From positions 42,691,681-42,734,945 of the forward strand of contig JBOZIK010000001.1 in NCBI GenBank assembly GCA_051453625.1: a stretch of 43,265 nt of DNA, written 5' to 3'. Position 1 is the stretch's first letter. Each line of letters opens with the position of its first letter. The position numbers were made by a program, and so were the translations under genes. The notes under the pieces were generated by a model. It was not told the origin of the DNA. It ran no database searches and saw nothing but the letters and a program-made list of their open reading frames with translations. Of this stretch, positions 36,985-43,265 are shown piece by piece. This DNA is from Welwitschia mirabilis (Eukaryota).

Positions 36985-38858
36985 GGATGTTGGAACATGA
37001 TTAAGCTATAGAAAAAGCATTAGAGAGAAAGGATATTAATAGAAAAGAACAATAAAAAAGGACTGGTAAACTTAGAAATTGAATTGGAAGAGTAATCTCT
37101 AGGTGTATACAATCCTCTTTTTGAATTTAATTTTTTTAAATTAGAGCCCAATAAAGAAAATATTATAGAATGAAAAAACTAGTGTACAATTTCAAGTGCC
37201 ACCCAAAAACAAAAACAAGTTCTAGATTTTTAACTTTTAATCCTAATAAAAACCTTATCCTCAGGGAATTATTAGTTAATAAGAAATGAGAGATTCAAAC
37301 ACCTTTTTATTTATCTTGAGGAGATGGTGTAGNNNNNNNNNNNNNNNNNNNNNNNNNNNNNNNNNNNNNNNNNNNNNNNNNNNNNNNNNNNNNNNNNNNN
37401 NNNNNNNNNNNNNNNNNNNNNNNNNNNNNNNNACTAAAAAACCTAAATGCCTACCCAACCTTTAGTGAAGAAGATGATGAGAATCCCCTTTAATGTATTA
37501 CAGATATAGAATAATTAATTCTTACCTCATAGAATAAAAAGAAAAAAATTAGTGATAGAATATACATGGTAATCTTTCCATGATATTAAAAAGAAGGGAT
37601 AAAAATTGGCTAAAAACTATACCCTACAAAAGTTTAAAATCTTGGGATCAAGTCCTTGAAACTTTCATTAAAAGATTCATGAGTAAAGAAACCATTAGAA
37701 AAAGAAAAAAGGAAGTAACAAACTTTCAATATAAATAAAATGAGAATTATGCTTCTACATACGATGTTTCTTTGTAGCAACCCACTCTAATCTAGTNNNN
37801 NNNNNNNNNNNNNNNNNNNNNNNNNNNNNNNNNNNNNNNNNNNNNNNNNNNNNNNNNNNNNNNNNNNNNNNNNNNNNNNNNNNNNNNNNNNNNNNNAAAA
37901 TGAGAATTATGCTTCTACATATGATGTTTCTTTGTAGCAACCCACTCTAATCTAGTTGATGCTTTTTCATGAAAATAATTAGTTAATTAATTTTATAGTA
38001 GACTAAATCCCTATACCAAAAACTTGTACACTTCTCTTGTGGTGGAAACTTTATAAATCTCACATTAAAAAATTCCTGGGCAAAATTAGAAGAACTTATG
38101 GAGGTTAGTTAAACCTGGTTAACATCATAAAAAAACCATATTATAAGGAGGTATATTACAACCTTGTAAAACTAATTAAAAATTTCATAACAATCTTGGA
38201 GAAATATACTAAAATAATCTTAGATGTCAAATTAGCAAATGAGAAAAATTTTATGCCAACATGTGATTTATGTAAGGACAATTATCACATTATCAAAGAT
38301 TGTCCACTCTTACCAATATGTAAAAATAAAATACATGAAGAAGTTTGCACCTTCAATTAAACATTTTCAAACTTTAGAAATCAAAATCAGGTACAACTTA
38401 GGTTGAATATACATTTTTAAAATAACTCTTAACCTTTTAAAAACTAATTTAAAAATTTAAACTTTTAACTGAGTCCATTTAATTTTTAACATTAAGATGA
38501 TTCACTTCAAAAATCTATTGTTAATCTTATAAAATTACAAGAGAAGTAAAATTCCAACATTAAAAACTTAGTAAATGTCCTTCAACATAGCATATTGGCA
38601 AATCAAAAATTTTAAGGAACATTAGCTATATAATCTTTACCAAACCCTGATGAAATACAAAAAGAATATAAGGTTATGACAAGAAGTAAAAAACAAATAA
38701 ATCCTCCTTTATGTGAAGCATCAACCTCCCAAAATAACACTCAAGATGATGAAGAAGAGGAAGACATTAAAATATTAGAAGATTACAACTCCACTTATCT
38801 TAGTAAAAATTAAAGAAATTCTTTATAAAAGCAACTAACTACCTCTTAACTTTATAGG
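36985..38858 (+). pseudogene. gag: Athila-like gag pseudogene, interrupted at 38859 by another insertion
   Basis: DKNWLKTIPYKSLKSWDQVLETFIKRF (~37598-37678); intact zinc knuckle CDLCKDNYHIIKDC (38262-38303); LPNP...MTRSKK (~38637-38695). The start is approximate. Confidence 0.85.
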
Positions 38859-40485
38859 TGTTGCGGTGCGAATTTATGCAATGTTCACACCTTGATTAAA
38901 ATCATATCAATTACAATAAGATGCACAAATATAGCACACTAGTATAGACGGAGTGATCCGAATGTCGTAATTCTGTCAAAGGCCAATAATATGGATAATA
39001 AAGAGTTGATTTCAAGAAAGAAATATGTAACCCTAATCTATTGAATTAAACTGCAATACATGAAATTGAAATAACGATACAAAACTAATATATAAAAAGA
39101 AACAGTGAGGCACCTAATCTAATCAAGCTCAACCTTAGCAAAGGCTGCCCTCATAATCTATATAATTAAAGAAACCTATCACGAATCTTAAATAACATAA
39201 ACTATGAGGGATAAGTTCCTATAATTACTGACAAAAAGGATAATTCATATTAAAAAGTATAAAAGACATCTGTATTACAAAGTAGTCATTCCTTAATGGA
39301 GGATATACCGCCCAACACCAAAGTAATGTCTTTCTAGATTACAAGATGATTCTCCGGTCCCAAGATCTCCTGTCACGAGAATGTTAGGTACTTTCAAAGA
39401 TGATTAGGGATCAAGAGGAAGACCTTTATTTATAGATAGAAAGGAAAAGGGAACTGACAGAAAATTAAAGGAAAGACCCTAGATGACATGCATAATAAAG
39501 TCGCAATAAAGAGGTAACAACTCGGGAAAACATTCTATAAAACTATGAGAGAACAGTGTCGTCCTACTAGTCATCCAGACGAAGGAGAAGATGACAAGGA
39601 TTAATAATGAGATATCTGTTTAGCTTCTAGTTTAATTGGTTATGAATTGCATGTGAAGTTCTATCAACTAGTTTGGGAGATGTCGTCCACTAATGTCTTC
39701 TGGACAATGNNNNNNNNNNNNNNNNNNNNNNNNNNNNNNNNNNNNNNNNNNNNNNNNNNNNNNNNNNNNNNNNNNNNNNNNNNNNNNNNNNNNNNNNNNN
39801 NNNNNNNNNNNNNNNNNNNNNNNNNNNNNNNNNNNNNNNNNNNNNNNNNNNNNNNNNNNNNNNNNNNNNNNNNNNNNNNNNNNNNNNNNNNNNNNNNNNN
39901 NNNNNNNNNNNNNNNNNNNNNNNNNNNNNNNNNNNNNNNNNNNNNNNNNNNNNNNNNNNNNNNNNNNNNNNNNNNNNNNNNNNNNNNNNNNNNNNNNNNN
40001 NNNNNNNNNNNNNNNNNNNNNNNNNNNNNNNNNNNNNNNNNNNNNNNNNNNNNNNNNNNNNNNNNNNNNNNNNNNNNNNNNNNNNNNNNNNNNNNNNNNN
40101 NNNNNNNNNNNNNNNNNNNNNNNNNNNNNNNNNNNNNNNNNNNNNNNNNNNNNNNNNNNNNNNNNNNNNNNNNNNNNNNNNNNNNNNNNNNNNNNNNNNN
40201 NNNNNNNNNNNNNNNNNNNNNNNNNNNNNNNNNNNNNNNNNNNNNNNNNNNNNNNNNNNGGACGACAGGTTCCTCAAAAGATTTTCAGGATCTGAAACCT
40301 GTGACAGAATTTAGATTTTGTATTAATACTAGATCCTCATTGTGATAAACTGTCAAATATAAAGATGATTATCAAAAATCAAAGAATTCTATTTCAGAAA
40401 TATGCAATCAAATATTCATAATCGAAAAAATTATATCAAAAAATTATATCAGAAATATGCAATACTAAAATTAAATGTGTATCCT
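38859..40485 (-). mobile_element. Athila-like 3' LTR plus a short 3' internal segment (unit A; contains gap 39710-40259)
   Basis: Starts tgttgcggtgcgaatttatgc. 38859-39709 is collinear with LTR B, and 40260-40485 matches 42971-43183. Confidence 0.85.
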
Positions 40486-40530
40486 GTTAATTTATTGCAG
40501 TGCGAATTTATGCAATATTTCATGCCAATT

Positions 40531-43265
40531 TATTGCAGTGCAAATTTATGTAATGTTTCACGCCTTGATTTAAATCCTGTTAATTATAATAAGATGCACA
40601 AATATAGCATGCTAATATAGACAGAGTGATCTGAATGTCATAATTCCTTCGAAGGCCAATAGTATAGATAATAAAGAGTTGATTTCAAAAATGAAATATA
40701 TAACCTTAATCTATTAAATTAAACTGCAATACATGAAATTAAAATAATGATGCAAAACTAATCTGTGAAAGAAACAATGATGCACCTAATCTAATCAAGA
40801 TCAACCTTAACAAAGGCTGCCCNNNNNNNNNNNNNNNNNNNNNNNNNNNNNNNNNNNNNNNNNNNNNNNNNNNNNNNNNNNNNNNNNNNNNNNNNNNNNN
40901 NNNNNNNNNNNNNNNNNNNNNNNNNNNNNNNNNNNNNNNNNNNNNNNNNNNNNNNNNNNNNNNNNNNNNNNNNNNNNNNNNNNNNNNNNNNNNNNNNNNN
41001 NNNNNNNNNNNNNNNNNNNNNNNNNNNNNNNNNNNNNNNNNNNNNNNNNNNNNNNNNNNNNNNNNNNNNNNNNNNNNNNNNNNNNNNNNNNNNNNNNNNN
41101 NNNNNNNNNNNNNNNNNNNNNNNNNNNNNNNNNNNNNNNNNNNNNNNNNNNNNNNNNNNNNNNNNNNNNNNNNNNNNNNNNNNNNNNNNNNNNNNNNNNN
41201 NNNNNNNNNNNNNNNNNNNNNNNNNNNNNNNNNNNNNNNNNNNNNNNNNNNNNNNNNNNNNNNNNNNNNNNNNNNNNNNNNNNNNNNNNNNNNNNNNNNN
41301 NNNNNNNNNNNNNNNNNNNNNNNNNNNNNNNNNNNNNNNNNNNNNNNNNNNNNNNNNNNNNNNNNNNNNNNNNNNNNNNNNNNNNNNNNNNNNNNNNNNN
41401 NNNNNNNNNNNNNNNNNNNNNNNNNNNNNNNNNNNNNNNNNNNNNNNNNNNNNNNNNNNNNNNNNNNNNNNNNNNNNNNNNNNNNNNNNNNNNNNNNNNN
41501 NNNNNNNNNNNNNNNNNNNNNNNNNNNNNNNNNNNNNNNNNNNNNNNNNNNNNNNNNNNNNNNNNNNAACAATGATGCACCTAATCTAATCAAGATCAAC
41601 CTTAACAAAGGCTGCCCTCATAATCTATATAATTAAAGAAACCTCTCATGAATCTTAAACAACATAAACTATGGGGGATAAGTTCTTGCAATTATCGACA
41701 AAAAGGATAATTCATATTAAAAAGTATAAAAGACATGTATATCACAAAGTAGTCATTCCTCAATGGAGGATATGCCATCCAACACTAAGGTAATGTCTCT
41801 CTAGATTACAAGATGGTTCTCCGTTCCTAAGATTTCCTATTACGAGAATGTCAAGTATTATCGAAGATGATTAGAAATCAAGGAGGAGACCTTTATTTAT
41901 AGACAGAAAGAAAAAGGAAACTGACAGAAAAGTAAAGGAGAAANNNNNNNNNNNNNNNNNNNNNNNNNNNNNNNNNNNNNNNNNNNNNNNNNNNNNNNNN
42001 NNNNNNNNNNNNNNNNNNNNNNNNNNNNNNNNNNNNNNNNNNNAGTTCTAAGATCTTCTATCACGATAATGTCAAGTACTGTCAAAGATGATTAGGGATT
42101 AAGGGGAAGACCTTTATTTATAGACAGAAAGGGAAAGGGAACTGACAAAAGAGTAAAAAAGAAATCCTAGCTAACATGTAAAATAAAGTTACAATAAAGA
42201 GGCAACAATGCGGGAAAACATTCTATAAAACTATGGGAAAACAGTCCCAATGATTGTTTAGATGAAGAAGGAAATAATAAGGATCGATAATTGGAACTCT
42301 AGTTCTACTTTAGTTTATCTGATTGTCAGACTGCATGTGAACTGTTGTCGATTAGTTTTGGAGATGTCATCTAATAGTGTCATCTGGATGATAAGATGGA
42401 CGATGATGTCTAATAGTAAGATCTTCAGTTCAACTAGGATTTATCTCAAAAGAACTCTGTTTATTGCTCAATTAGAGTTTTCATCCTGACTATTGTATGG
42501 ATGATGGTGTGGACGACAGTTTTTTTTTATCTTTTATCAATGAAATTGCTTTGTTATCTGCAAAAATTTTTATCCAAAATGATACTTGTCTGTATCTACA
42601 TGAATTACTTGTGAATTATCTAATAATTGCATATTTTTGTCTTGTGTTCCTTAATTCTTAATTATCATAGGAACTAAGCATTTATCTATTAATTCATCTG
42701 CAAAACAACTCAAAATACATTATCAAATACACATAAGTTGGCATCGCAACATAGCCCCCCACTTAACCTTATTAGTCTGTGACAAAACTAGGCAGTAAAC
42801 CATGTTTGTCAATCAACTTTTCAAATAATAAAAACTAGGATATCTAAACAGAGTATTTGAAATATATGTATCAGTAATGAACTGAATTTCTAAAAACTTA
42901 AAAACTGTATAAAATACCTATATCAGCATCAGATGTTTATTATCTAGTACTATTGTCTAGATAATAGTGGGGACGACAGGCTCCTCAAAAGATTTTCAGG
43001 GTCTGAAACCTGTGACAGAAATCAGATTTTGCATTAATATTAGATCCTCATTATGATAAACTGTCAAATAAAAAGATGATTATCATAAATCGAAGAATTC
43101 CATTTCATAAATATGCAATCATGTATTTATAATTGAAAAAATTATATCAAAAATATGCAATACTAAAATTATATGTTTATCCTACCACCCACTTAAAATG
43201 TGCAATGCATCTCGAATTACCTAAACTAATGAAAATGAAAAAGTAACAACGACTGAAATGAAAAA
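40531..43265 (-). mobile_element. Athila-like 3' LTR (40531-42751, with gaps), PPT and 3' internal region running off the window (unit B)
   Basis: Starts tattgcagtgcaaatttatg, ends ttggcatcgcaaca at 42751, and is followed by the PPT complement tagccccccactt. Confidence 0.88.
42752..42764 (-). promoter_or_regulatory. Polypurine tract
   Basis: Minus strand aagtggggggcta lies immediately before the LTR TG. Confidence 0.85.

Noticed and set aside
37737..37956. ~60-bp direct repeat in gag
   Set aside because: Near-identical copies flank a 100-N gap; assembly overlap artefact.
7275..41608. Long ORFs in the track (for example 7275-7667, 14280-14972, 39647-40345, 40739-41608)
   Set aside because: They consist almost entirely of X residues from N gaps and are not real reading frames.
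40775..41616. ~48-bp repeat around the large gap in LTR B, and the apparent 2.2-kb LTR length
   Set aside because: The sequence resumes where it left off, so the gap is probably spurious and the true LTR is about 1.3 kb.
569..42489. Short hydrophobic 60-100 aa ORFs as candidate small proteins
   Set aside because: These are expected by chance in very AT-rich DNA. Most are antisense or off-frame readings of TE sequence, and none shows exon structure or a recognisable host domain.

Overview
AT-rich eukaryotic DNA, inferred to be plant from the TE lineages present, with many N gaps. It consists almost entirely of nested, heavily decayed transposable elements. No intact protein-coding gene, RNA gene or CRISPR array is supported, and every long ORF in the track is an N-gap artefact. 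Recognisable parts: (i) at least seven fragments of one Athila-like Ty3/gypsy family, sharing the LTR terminus TGTTGCGGTGCGAATTTATGC and a decayed tRNA-Asp PBS; (ii) two adjacent minus-strand SIRE/Sirevirus-type Ty1/copia elements with env-like ORF remnants, one (27399-34529) with both LTRs, PBS, PPT and a perfect TAATA target-site duplication but lacking RT; (iii) a third SIRE-like remnant at about 5.5-8.5 kb; (iv) a decayed CACTA DNA transposon from 9646. I found no convincing new biological system. The most unusual signals are a tandem LTR+3'-internal unit whose breakpoint sits at a second PPT-like tract with templated filler, a shared non-canonical TG...AA LTR terminus, and a ~40-bp GTCGTC/GACGAC motif dispersed through the gypsy family. 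All alignments were done by eye, so boundaries other than LTR ends, PBS, PPT and TSD are approximate.
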